A DNA stretch of 24,000 bases from Thermotomaculum hydrothermale (GTDB lineage: Bacteria; Acidobacteriota; Holophagae; Thermotomaculales; Thermotomaculaceae), in assembly GCF_016592575.1 (NCBI RefSeq), contig NZ_AP017470.1, positions 991,471 to 1,015,470 of the forward strand. The letters are read 5' to 3'. Positions 14,675 to 22,058 of this stretch are shown here, one piece after another (the stretch's first letter is position 1; every line of letters begins with the position of its first letter). The notes beneath the pieces were generated by a model that worked only from the letters and a program-made list of their open reading frames with translations, did not search any database and was not told the origin of the DNA. The position numbers and the translations under genes are program-made.

Positions 14675-17371
14675 TTACCTTCTAATCTTTCTCCTTAATG
14701 AGACAATTAATTGATAGGCAAGGTAAGAAACTGCAATTGAACCTATTGCGTATGCTGTTTTATACCCTGGAATGTGGTTTGCATTTTCAGAATTGGCAAT
14801 GGTTCTCCACGGCACAAAGAGTTTTGCAAATGAAGAAAAGAAGAAATCAAGGCCTGTAAAGAAAGTTTTAATAAAATGCTCAGTTGAAAAAGTCTGAAAA
14901 ATGCCAAAAATATAAATAACACATAAAGACAATAATAGATAAATCAAAAATTCAAGAAGTCTCCACCATTTTTTAAAATTAACAAGAGATAATGCAAAGA
15001 AGCACACCAGAAGAAACGGTAATAAAGTCCATAGAATGAAATAATAGTCTATTTTATTTAAGAAAAATAATTGAGTAAATTCATACAAACGCAAATATAG
15101 CTTGTCTTTATCGAGTAAATTAAAGAATGAAACATACATGGCAAAAAACAAAATCCACTTTAAAGGCCTAAACCAGTTTTGTGCAAAGTTTGAAGAAAGT
15201 TTTGATATACCAAAAATAAGTTTGTCTTCAAGTGAAGTTGATAAGAAATTTTTTAGGATAAAATAACTTTTATAAAAAAATCTCTTTAGAATACTTAAAT
15301 TTTGTTCGGCTAAATTTGAATTTCCATAATTTAAGTATCTCTCATAAGCCCTCATTTCAAGGGCATAAAAGTCTCCTCCGTGAATAAAGTCTTTTTGTTT
15401 ATCGTGAGCAAGTTTTAACTGCCTGTAAATATCCTGAGCCCTATCAGGCTCTTTTTCAAATAAATCCTTGCAAATCCTTTTCTCACTTACCTCTCCCCAC
15501 TTTGTATTTATAAATTCGGCATCTGAAATTGAACTATCTATAATATTGATTTCTTTTGCATTTGAAAAATCACAGTTTATAAAACGCATCTTGTTTAGGA
15601 TTGAATTGTTTATTTCAAAATATAACTCTTTATCTCCCTTAAAGTTAAGGTTAAAAATAACAAATTCTTTTGCATGGTTTGTTAAATTATTAAGTTTTAA
15701 AATTCCTATATTTATATTTTTCAATTCAATTTGTGCATTAGATGAAAATTGAGGATTAAAAATTTCAAGATGGTTAATTGATTTACCCTGAGAATCTATA
15801 ACAAATTTTGATTTTATTTCAACTGATTTGAAAATAATTGGATTGTTAAAATAAACTCCCCCAAAATCTGCATCTCCTTGAAATGTTGCTACCAAAAAAT
15901 CTGCATCTCCTTGAAATGTTGCTCCCAAAAAATTTGCATATTTTTGAAATGTTGCTCTCCAAAAATTTGCATATTTTTGAAATGTTGCTCTCCTAAAATT
16001 TGCATCTCCTTGAAATGTTGCTACAAAAAAATCTGTCTTTCCTTGAAATGTTGCTCTTTCAAAATCTGCTTCTCCTTGAAATGTTGCTCCCCAAAAATTT
16101 GCATACACTTGAAATGTTGCTCCCCAAAAATTTGCATATTTTTGAAATGTTGCTTCCCTAAAATTTGCATCTCCTTGAAATGTTGCTACCAAAAAATCTG
16201 CCTCTCCTTGAAATGTTGCTCCCCAAAAATTTGCATATTTTTGAAATGTTGCTCCCCAAAAATTTGCATATTTTTGAAATGTTGCTTCCCTAAAATTTGC
16301 ATCTCCTTGAAATGTTGCTTCCCTAAAATTTGCATCTCCTTGAAATGTTGCTCTTTCAAAATCTGCATCTCCTTGAAATGTTGCTCCCCAAAAATTTGCA
16401 TACACTTGAAATGTTGCTCCCCAAAAATTTGCATATTTTTGAAATGTTGCTTCCCTAAAATTTGCATCTCCTTGAAATGTTGCTACCAAAAAATCTGCAT
16501 CTCCTTGAAATGTTGCTCCCCAAAAATTTGCATACACTTGAAATGTTGCTCCCCTAAAATATGCATCTCCTTGAAATGTTGCATCCCCAAAATATACCTC
16601 TCCTTGAAATGTTGCGTGCATAAAATTTGCCTCTCCTCTAAATGTTGCATCCCCAAAATATGCCTCTCCTCTAAATGTTACATCCCCAAAATATGCCCAT
16701 CCTCTATATGTTGCATTCCGAAAATATGCCTCTCCTAGAAATGTTGCATCCCCAAAATTTAAATGCTTAATAAATTTACACTCTTCGCCTTCATACCAAA
16801 AATTAAAATCTTTTTTTAAAAAATTGTTTTCATCTCTAATATCATCATCAAATTCACTAAACTCAGGAAAAATTACCCACTTAAAATCATAATAATCTTT
16901 TTCCTCACTTTTATTTAGCAACTCTCTGTAATAATTAACCAGAGCTGTATCATAACTGACATTTTTCTCTATTTTTTCAGGGATTTCTTTTTCAGGGTAA
17001 TCAACTGCAAATCTGTAAGCCCTTATTCTTTTCCAGAATTCATTAATTAGGTTTTCTCTCCATTTTATAGAGAATTCTATATAAAATTCTTTTTTTTCTT
17101 TTCTGGCTTTTTCACGCTTCTCTTTCCATTCTTTGTACTCATCAATATTTTCTATCCAGATTTCGTTTTCTTTTTCGCAGTGGAAAATGCATGTTGTAAA
17201 TTTCTTTAGTTCATCTTTTGAAAGTGATTCAAGGGTTTCGTCATCTTTGAGGAATACAGCAATCGGCTCAATTACATTTCTATTTATTTCTTTACAAACC
17301 TCGCACTCATGGCTTTCAAGGCCTAAATCTCTTGCCTTTTCTTTGGTTAAATACTCTACCCTATAGCCCAT
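14675..17371 (-). CDS. Large membrane-anchored beta-solenoid-like repeat protein: N-terminal Cys/His module, 27 x 11-residue pentapeptide-like repeats, C-terminal multi-TM domain. Function unknown.
   Basis: Uninterrupted 898-aa ORF with AAGGA 6 nt before the ATG. aa 1-208 are soluble, with C23xxC26 and C61xxH64C65. aa 209-505 are 27 units of ATFxGxAxFxx. aa 506-625 are degenerate Asn/Ile-rich repeats. aa ~733-891 hold four to five hydrophobic helices ending in RRKIRR. Confidence 0.85.
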   Translation of the reverse strand: MGYRVEYLTKEKARDLGLESHECEVCKEINRNVIEPIAVFLKDDETLESLSKDELKKFTTCIFHCEKENEIWIENIDEYKEWKEKREKARKEKKEFYIEFSIKWRENLINEFWKRIRAYRFAVDYPEKEIPEKIEKNVSYDTALVNYYRELLNKSEEKDYYDFKWVIFPEFSEFDDDIRDENNFLKKDFNFWYEGEECKFIKHLNFGDATFLGEAYFRNATYRGWAYFGDVTFRGEAYFGDATFRGEANFMHATFQGEVYFGDATFQGDAYFRGATFQVYANFWGATFQGDADFLVATFQGDANFREATFQKYANFWGATFQVYANFWGATFQGDADFERATFQGDANFREATFQGDANFREATFQKYANFWGATFQKYANFWGATFQGEADFLVATFQGDANFREATFQKYANFWGATFQVYANFWGATFQGEADFERATFQGKTDFFVATFQGDANFRRATFQKYANFWRATFQKYANFLGATFQGDADFLVATFQGDADFGGVYFNNPIIFKSVEIKSKFVIDSQGKSINHLEIFNPQFSSNAQIELKNINIGILKLNNLTNHAKEFVIFNLNFKGDKELYFEINNSILNKMRFINCDFSNAKEINIIDSSISDAEFINTKWGEVSEKRICKDLFEKEPDRAQDIYRQLKLAHDKQKDFIHGGDFYALEMRAYERYLNYGNSNLAEQNLSILKRFFYKSYFILKNFLSTSLEDKLIFGISKLSSNFAQNWFRPLKWILFFAMYVSFFNLLDKDKLYLRLYEFTQLFFLNKIDYYFILWTLLPFLLVCFFALSLVNFKKWWRLLEFLIYLLLSLCVIYIFGIFQTFSTEHFIKTFFTGLDFFFSSFAKLFVPWRTIANSENANHIPGYKTAYAIGSIAVSYLAYQLIVSLRRKIRR
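15857..16747 (-). repeat. 33-bp in-frame tandem repeat array (27 units) with a 297-bp higher-order duplication
   Basis: The 12-mer TTGAAATGTTGC recurs 23 times at exactly 33-nt spacing (15878 to 16604). Many whole 33-mers are identical. Units 16220-16516 and 15923-16219 align with 15 mismatches over 297 nt by hand. Confidence 0.95.
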
Positions 17372-17394
17372 TATAAATCCTTTTGTTTTTTCAA

Positions 17395-17423
17395 ATTATA
17401 TCAATAAGTTAGCATTGTGTAAA
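17395..17423 (-). promoter_or_regulatory. Candidate sigma70-type promoter of the repeat-protein gene
   Basis: On the minus strand: TTTACA, 17 nt, TATAAT, with the -10 ending 23 nt upstream of the ATG at 17371. Confidence 0.4.
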
Positions 17424-17499
17424 CATATAGAGTAAAAATTAAATTAAAGATTTGTTCCGTTTTTTTAAAGCAGTTTTATTTAAGGGTTATCTCACTTTC

Positions 17500-18717
17500 C
17501 TATTCATACCTTAATGCGTCGATTGGGTTGAGTTTTGCGGCTTTGTATGCAGGGAAAACCCCGAATATTACCCCAACAAGTGAGGAAAAGATAAATGCAA
17601 GTAGTATCCCCCAGAATGGCACATACATTCCTGGGAAGTTGGGAATCATTTTTGATATTAGAAAGCCGAGGCCTAACCCTATTAGAATGCCTATTATTCC
17701 ACCGACAAGGCTTAAAATTACAGATTCAACAAGAAATTGGTAAAGGATATGCTTCTTTGTTGCCCCCACAGCCTTCCTTACCCCTATCTCTTTTGTTCTT
17801 TCGGTTACAGAGACAAGCATAATGTTCATAATGCCTATTCCACCAACAATAAGGGATATTCCAACAATCCCTGCAACAATTAAGGTTATTATTGAGGTTG
17901 TCTTTTTGAAGCTTTCAAGTATGTCCTGCTGTGTTTGAACCTTAAAATCGTCTGCCTTGCCCTCTTTGATTTTGTGCCTTTTCCTTAAAATCTTTTCAAT
18001 TACCTCTTTTACCTGATTTATTTTTTCAAGGTTTTTAATTGTTAATTGAATGTATATGTGGTCTTTTAAGTTTTTGCCTTTTATGTCAATTACTGTGCTA
18101 AACGGCATAAATACATAATCGTCCATGCTTCTGCCGAAAAATGAGCCTTTCTTTTCCATTACTCCAATTATTTTTACAGGAACATTGTCTATTAAGATAA
18201 ACTTGCCAATAGGGTTTTCCCCTAATTTCAGGCTGTCAACAACCTCTTTCCCAAGCACGCAAACCTTTCTTCTATGCTTTAAGTCAAGGTAATTTATAAA
18301 CCTTCCTGTTTCAACATACTGGCCGTTAATGTCCTGATATAGGGGATAAACGCCGTAGAGGCTTGATGAATGGCTTAATTTTTTGGAACTTGCATTGCAG
18401 GAAGCAAACACTATGGGGGCAAGGTTTTCAATATCATCAATTTGCTTTTTTAAAACAAGTGCATCTTCCATTGTAAGTTTCGGGGGTTCTTTTAACAGCT
18501 CAATAAAGTTTGTTGTGGCGCGGTAAGGCTGAATTGTAATAATGTTTGTTCCCATCTGCTCCTGCTGAACCTGAATTGTGTTAAATATGCCCTGCACAAG
18601 GGAAATAATTGTTATGACAGAAGCAACTCCTATTATTATCCCCAAAGTTGTTAGAAAACTTCTTAATTTATTGGCTTTAATTGAGCGAAGGGCAAGCTTT
18701 ATGTTTTCTATAATCAA
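17500..18717 (-). CDS. MacB/FtsX-type ABC transporter permease (type VII, with periplasmic core domain)
   Basis: 405 aa. One N-terminal TM helix, a ~230-aa periplasmic domain, then three C-terminal TM helices. FtsX-family loop ERTKEIGVRKAVGA. 4-nt overlap (ATGA) with the ATPase gene. Confidence 0.9.
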   Translation of the reverse strand: MIIENIKLALRSIKANKLRSFLTTLGIIIGVASVITIISLVQGIFNTIQVQQEQMGTNIITIQPYRATTNFIELLKEPPKLTMEDALVLKKQIDDIENLAPIVFASCNASSKKLSHSSSLYGVYPLYQDINGQYVETGRFINYLDLKHRRKVCVLGKEVVDSLKLGENPIGKFILIDNVPVKIIGVMEKKGSFFGRSMDDYVFMPFSTVIDIKGKNLKDHIYIQLTIKNLEKINQVKEVIEKILRKRHKIKEGKADDFKVQTQQDILESFKKTTSIITLIVAGIVGISLIVGGIGIMNIMLVSVTERTKEIGVRKAVGATKKHILYQFLVESVILSLVGGIIGILIGLGLGFLISKMIPNFPGMYVPFWGILLAFIFSSLVGVIFGVFPAYKAAKLNPIDALRYE

Positions 18718-19403
18718 TTTTTATACTCCTTAATTATCTTTCCGTCTTTAAGTACTATTGTCCTTTCAGTTTCTTTCCCTATTTCAGTTTCGTGGGTAAC
18801 TAAAACAATTGTTTTCCCCTCTTCGTGAATCTTATGAAATAAATTGAGAATTTCTTCCGTGGTTTTTGAATCAAGGTTTCCTGTCGGCTCGTCAGCAAGG
18901 ATAATTGAGGGCTCGTTAACAAGTGCCCTTGCAATTGCAACCCTTTGCCTCTGCCCACCAGACAATTGATTTGGTTTATGCTTCATTCTGTCTGCAATAC
19001 CCATTTTATCAAGGTAGTATTCAACTATTTCTTTTCTCCTTTTTTTAGGGATTCCAGCATAGATTAAAGGGGTTTCAACATTTTCAAATGCAGTCAGGCC
19101 TTTTATAAGGTTGAATGTCTGAAAAACAAAGCCTATCTCTTTGTTTCTTATTTTAGATGCCTGAATATCATCTAAAAAAGAGACATCTTTCCCCTTTAAA
19201 AAGTATTTTCCTTCAGTTGGAGAATCAAGGATACCGATTATATTCATTAAGGTTGACTTTCCTGAACCGCTTGCCCCCATTATTCCTAAAAATTCCCCCT
19301 CTTTAATATTGAGGCTTATTCCGTCAACAGCCCTTAATTCCGTTTCACCCATTTTATAAAGCTTCTTAATTTTCTCTAATTTTATCAGTATGTTATCACT
19401 CAT
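18714..19403 (-). CDS. ABC transporter ATP-binding protein (MacB/LolD-like)
   Basis: 229 aa. Walker A GASGSGKST, signature LSGGQRQR, Walker B ILADEPTGNLD, H-loop VTHE. Confidence 0.95.
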   Translation of the reverse strand: MSDNILIKLEKIKKLYKMGETELRAVDGISLNIKEGEFLGIMGASGSGKSTLMNIIGILDSPTEGKYFLKGKDVSFLDDIQASKIRNKEIGFVFQTFNLIKGLTAFENVETPLIYAGIPKKRRKEIVEYYLDKMGIADRMKHKPNQLSGGQRQRVAIARALVNEPSIILADEPTGNLDSKTTEEILNLFHKIHEEGKTIVLVTHETEIGKETERTIVLKDGKIIKEYKN

Positions 19404-20535
19404 TTTTAAAGTTAATCTTATCTCCGTTTTTAAGGGTTTTCAAGACTCTATAAGGGCCTGTAACAACTGTATCGTTTTCGCTTAATCCTTCCTTTACTTC
19501 AACATAAAAATCGTTTGATATGCCTGTTTTAATATATGTTTTTTTCGCTATTTTGTTTTTAACTTTAAAACAGTACTCTTTGCCGCTTTCCTCTTTTCTT
19601 ACCGCCTCAATAGGTATAATTAATGCATTTTTGCTCTCTCTTACCTTAATCTCAGCCCTGCCGCTCATTCCTGGTTTTATTTTTGGATTTATCTCCTCAA
19701 AATCAATTTTAACCTTAAAAAGGGATACATCCCTGCCAGCAGGTTTTTCTGCTGATTCAGATATCTGCTTCACAATACCCTTGAAAACTTTGTTATCAAA
19801 AGCGTCAAGGTGGATATCCGCTTCCATCCCTTTTTTTAATAGGACAGAATCAACCTCGTTTACATCAACTTCAAGCTCAAGCTTATTCATATCGCTTAAA
19901 ACCATAATTATTGAGCCCGGATTGTTTATTGTCCCCTGGATTACCTGCTCTCCAACCTCTTTTCTAAGGCTCGTTACCTTTCCGTCTATTGGCGCAACAA
20001 TCTTTGTTTTTGAAAGGTTTTCTAAAGCCTTTGCAAGGTTTGCGTTTGCCTGCTTAATGTAAAATTCCTGCTGGGATACATTCAACTTCTTTGACTCAAA
20101 TTGATTTTTTGCATTTTCAAATTCTTCTTTTGATAGTATCCCGGATTTAAAAAGCTTTAATTTTCTTTTAAAATCCTTTTCACTCTGTTTTAAATCTATC
20201 TTTAACTGCTCCAAAACAAGCTTCTGCTTTTTTAATTCTGCTTTAAGTCTTGAAACTTCGCTTTTATAGTTTTTGTCGTCTATTCTGCAGAGTAAATCTC
20301 CTTTTTTAACAAAATCCCCTTCCTTTACTGGAAGTTCAACAATTTTGCCCATTATTTCAGACATTACTGTAACTGTTTTGACAGGCTTAACAGTTCCTGT
20401 CCCTGAAATTGTTTCTGAAATATCCTTTTTCTCAACCTTTTTAACCTTAACAAATTTTCCGTTGTCTCTATTTTTTAGCACTCCTGCAATTACAAAAAGA
20501 ATTATAACTCCAGCAATAATTAGATACTTTTTCAT
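19396..20535 (-). CDS. Periplasmic adaptor (HlyD/MacA-type membrane fusion protein)
   Basis: 379 aa. N-terminal TM anchor, long coiled-coil (SEVSRLKAELKKQKLVLEQLKIDLKQSEKDFKRKLKLF), C-terminal beta-barrel segments. 8-nt overlap with the ATPase gene. Confidence 0.85.
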   Translation of the reverse strand: MKKYLIIAGVIILFVIAGVLKNRDNGKFVKVKKVEKKDISETISGTGTVKPVKTVTVMSEIMGKIVELPVKEGDFVKKGDLLCRIDDKNYKSEVSRLKAELKKQKLVLEQLKIDLKQSEKDFKRKLKLFKSGILSKEEFENAKNQFESKKLNVSQQEFYIKQANANLAKALENLSKTKIVAPIDGKVTSLRKEVGEQVIQGTINNPGSIIMVLSDMNKLELEVDVNEVDSVLLKKGMEADIHLDAFDNKVFKGIVKQISESAEKPAGRDVSLFKVKIDFEEINPKIKPGMSGRAEIKVRESKNALIIPIEAVRKEESGKEYCFKVKNKIAKKTYIKTGISNDFYVEVKEGLSENDTVVTGPYRVLKTLKNGDKINFKNE

Positions 20536-20549
20536 TTTTCTCCCTTAAT

Positions 20550-21236
20550 TTAAACCAACAAAACAGAAATAACGATTAAAGCAATATACGGGATAAATAC
20601 TGTTAAAAAAGACTTTGTTAAGCTCTCCTCTGTAAAAATATGAAAGCCTATTCCTAAAAGTGAAGCAAACCATATTCCAAAAATATCAATTTTTGTAAAA
20701 AGGGTATAAAGTTTCTTTCCTAACGCTTGAGATGAAAAGTAATATCCAAGGTTAGTTGGCATAAGGCTTTCCACAGGTGTTGTTTTAAAATCAGTAATAA
20801 GCAGAATGATAATAAAAATAATTGTTGACAAAAGGTAAACAAAAAATGCGTTTCCTGTTATAGCAAGTGCATCTTTAAAACTTAAATCAGAAGTGTAAAC
20901 CTTGGCCATTGTGAAAAGGTAAAGCGCCACTATTAACAAAAAGAAAAATGAACCGACAAAAGCCCCTATTGGCATTGCATATTTTGCTACTTTTGACTGC
21001 ATATTTATTATCTGGTCTGCCTGTTCTTTTGAGAATTGTTGCATTTTCTCTGATTTTTCAAGTTTTTGAGTGATTACATATTTCATATCAGCGTTAAAAG
21101 CGTAATAACCTGTGGCAGCAGTTGAAAGAATAACTGTTAACAAAAAAGGAAGCCAGAAAGTCTTTTTTTCCTTTAATTTTTCAAATCCCTTAAAGGGCGA
21201 GGTAATTACCTCAAAGGCAAGCTTCAAAGATTCCAT
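20550..21236 (-). CDS. Yip1-domain multi-pass membrane protein
   Basis: 228 aa behind GGGAGG. Soluble N-terminal stretch (FEVITSPFKGFEKL) followed by about five hydrophobic helices, with a charged loop after the first, as in bacterial YIP1-family proteins. Ends 14 nt before the adaptor gene. Confidence 0.6.
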   Translation of the reverse strand: MESLKLAFEVITSPFKGFEKLKEKKTFWLPFLLTVILSTAATGYYAFNADMKYVITQKLEKSEKMQQFSKEQADQIINMQSKVAKYAMPIGAFVGSFFFLLIVALYLFTMAKVYTSDLSFKDALAITGNAFFVYLLSTIIFIIILLITDFKTTPVESLMPTNLGYYFSSQALGKKLYTLFTKIDIFGIWFASLLGIGFHIFTEESLTKSFLTVFIPYIALIVISVLLV

Positions 21237-21297
21237 TTAAACCTCCCGGTCTTAATTCATATTAATTATTACGATAAAAGGAAAATTTTGTTTTAAA

Positions 21298-21624
21298 TTA
21301 ACCTAAAGCAAAAATAATTGCCCCGACAAATCCCCTTAGAAAAATTGCTATACCTATAAGAAATAAGGGGTCAACCATCCCTTTACAACAAAAAGAAAGA
21401 ACTGCCAATATTCCAATTAAACAATGAAAAGCGTACATATTGGCCTTTGCATAAAGCATTCTTTCCCTTTCATCCCCTGCCTTTTTCACAAAAACATGAA
21501 GTGCAATCAAAGAGAAAAAAGCAAATCCTGCAAGCCCAAATAAACTCATAAAAATTAACATTAAAGACCCCGCCACAATGTCAATGTAATTGTGAGCTTC
21601 AACCTGGTTAAATATTTTCTTCAT
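21298..21624 (-). CDS. Small 4-TM membrane protein coupled to the XRE regulator (DUF2178-like?)
   Basis: 108 aa from the ATG at 21624, which sits behind GAGGAGG. The track start at 21660 is unlikely. Four hydrophobic segments. Overlaps the XRE gene by 17 nt. Family name is uncertain. Confidence 0.55.
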   Translation of the reverse strand: MKKIFNQVEAHNYIDIVAGSLMLIFMSLFGLAGFAFFSLIALHVFVKKAGDERERMLYAKANMYAFHCLIGILAVLSFCCKGMVDPLFLIGIAIFLRGFVGAIIFALG

Positions 21625-21826
21625 TATTTTCCTCCTCAAGAGTAAAAATTTCTTCAACATTTACACCGAAAACCTTTGCCATTTTCAAGGCAATTACCAC
21701 TGAAGGCACATACTTGCCTTTTTCAATTGAATTGATAGTCTGCCTTGAAACACCAACTTTTTTTGCTAAATCTTCCTGGGTTAAATCGTACATAGCACGA
21801 AAAACCTTGATTTTGTTTTTCAGCAT
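21608..21826 (-). CDS. XRE-family helix-turn-helix transcriptional regulator (YozG-like short form)
   Basis: 72 aa. Canonical HTH_3 core LTQEDLAKKVGVSRQTINSIEKGKYVPSVVIALKMAKVFGVNVEEIF. Confidence 0.9.
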   Translation of the reverse strand: MLKNKIKVFRAMYDLTQEDLAKKVGVSRQTINSIEKGKYVPSVVIALKMAKVFGVNVEEIFTLEEENNEENI

Positions 21827-21912
21827 AAGAGAACCCCTTTTCTGATTCCAATCTTTAAAGATTCTAATAATAAAATCATTAAAACCTCCAAAAAGTTAAT
21901 AGTAACAATAAT

Positions 21913-21941
21913 AATGTAAATAAAAGTTAACTTTTTGTCAA
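21913..21941 (-). promoter_or_regulatory. Candidate promoter with embedded palindromic operator upstream of the XRE gene
   Basis: On the minus strand: TTGACA (21936-21941), 17 nt, TACATT (21913-21918). The spacer contains the perfect 14-nt palindrome AAAAGTTAACTTTT (21922-21935). A second GTTA-n4-TAAC dyad lies at 21895-21906. Confidence 0.45.
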
Positions 21942-22005
21942 GTATTCTTTACATTTTTTCAAACAAATTTTACATTAATAAATAAAAGGGATTGATAATT
22001 AAAAC

Positions 22006-22033
22006 AAAAAAAGGGGGATAATTCCCCCTTTTT
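22006..22033 (-). terminator. Rho-independent terminator after atpC (symmetrical, potentially bidirectional)
   Basis: GGGGG-ATAATT-CCCCC hairpin flanked by an A7 run on one side and T5 on the other, 26 nt downstream of the atpC stop. Confidence 0.85.
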
Positions 22034-22058
22034 GATTTATTACTTGTTTTTATTTTGC

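Noticed and set aside
16186-16467. 93-aa minus-strand ORF in an alternative frame (MQILGKQHFKNMQIFGEQHFK...).
   Set aside because: This is an out-of-frame reading of the same 33-bp repeat inside the 898-aa CDS. It has no independent start signals and is a repeat artefact.
15878-16738. 286-aa plus-strand ORF encoding a Cys-rich 11-residue repeat (LKCCSPKICIF...), antisense to the repeat protein.
   Set aside because: It is open only because the 33-bp unit happens to lack stop codons in that antisense frame. Its ATG is part of every repeat unit (the reverse of the Thr-Phe codons) and no RBS precedes it. The sense ORF continues far beyond the array into non-repetitive, protein-like N- and C-terminal domains.
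15857-16747. Possible CRISPR array, given the regular ~33-bp periodicity.
   Set aside because: The units are directly contiguous with no unique spacers. They lie in frame within a long ORF and encode a coherent amino-acid repeat. No cas genes or leader are present.
19520-20062. 180-aa plus-strand ORF antisense to the MacA-like adaptor, with similar antisense ORFs at 1854-2120, 5146-5514, 14021-14614 and 17528-17822.
   Set aside because: All are embedded in well-supported genes on the opposite strand. They have biased hydrophobic or Ser-rich composition typical of antisense frames and lack ribosome-binding sites.
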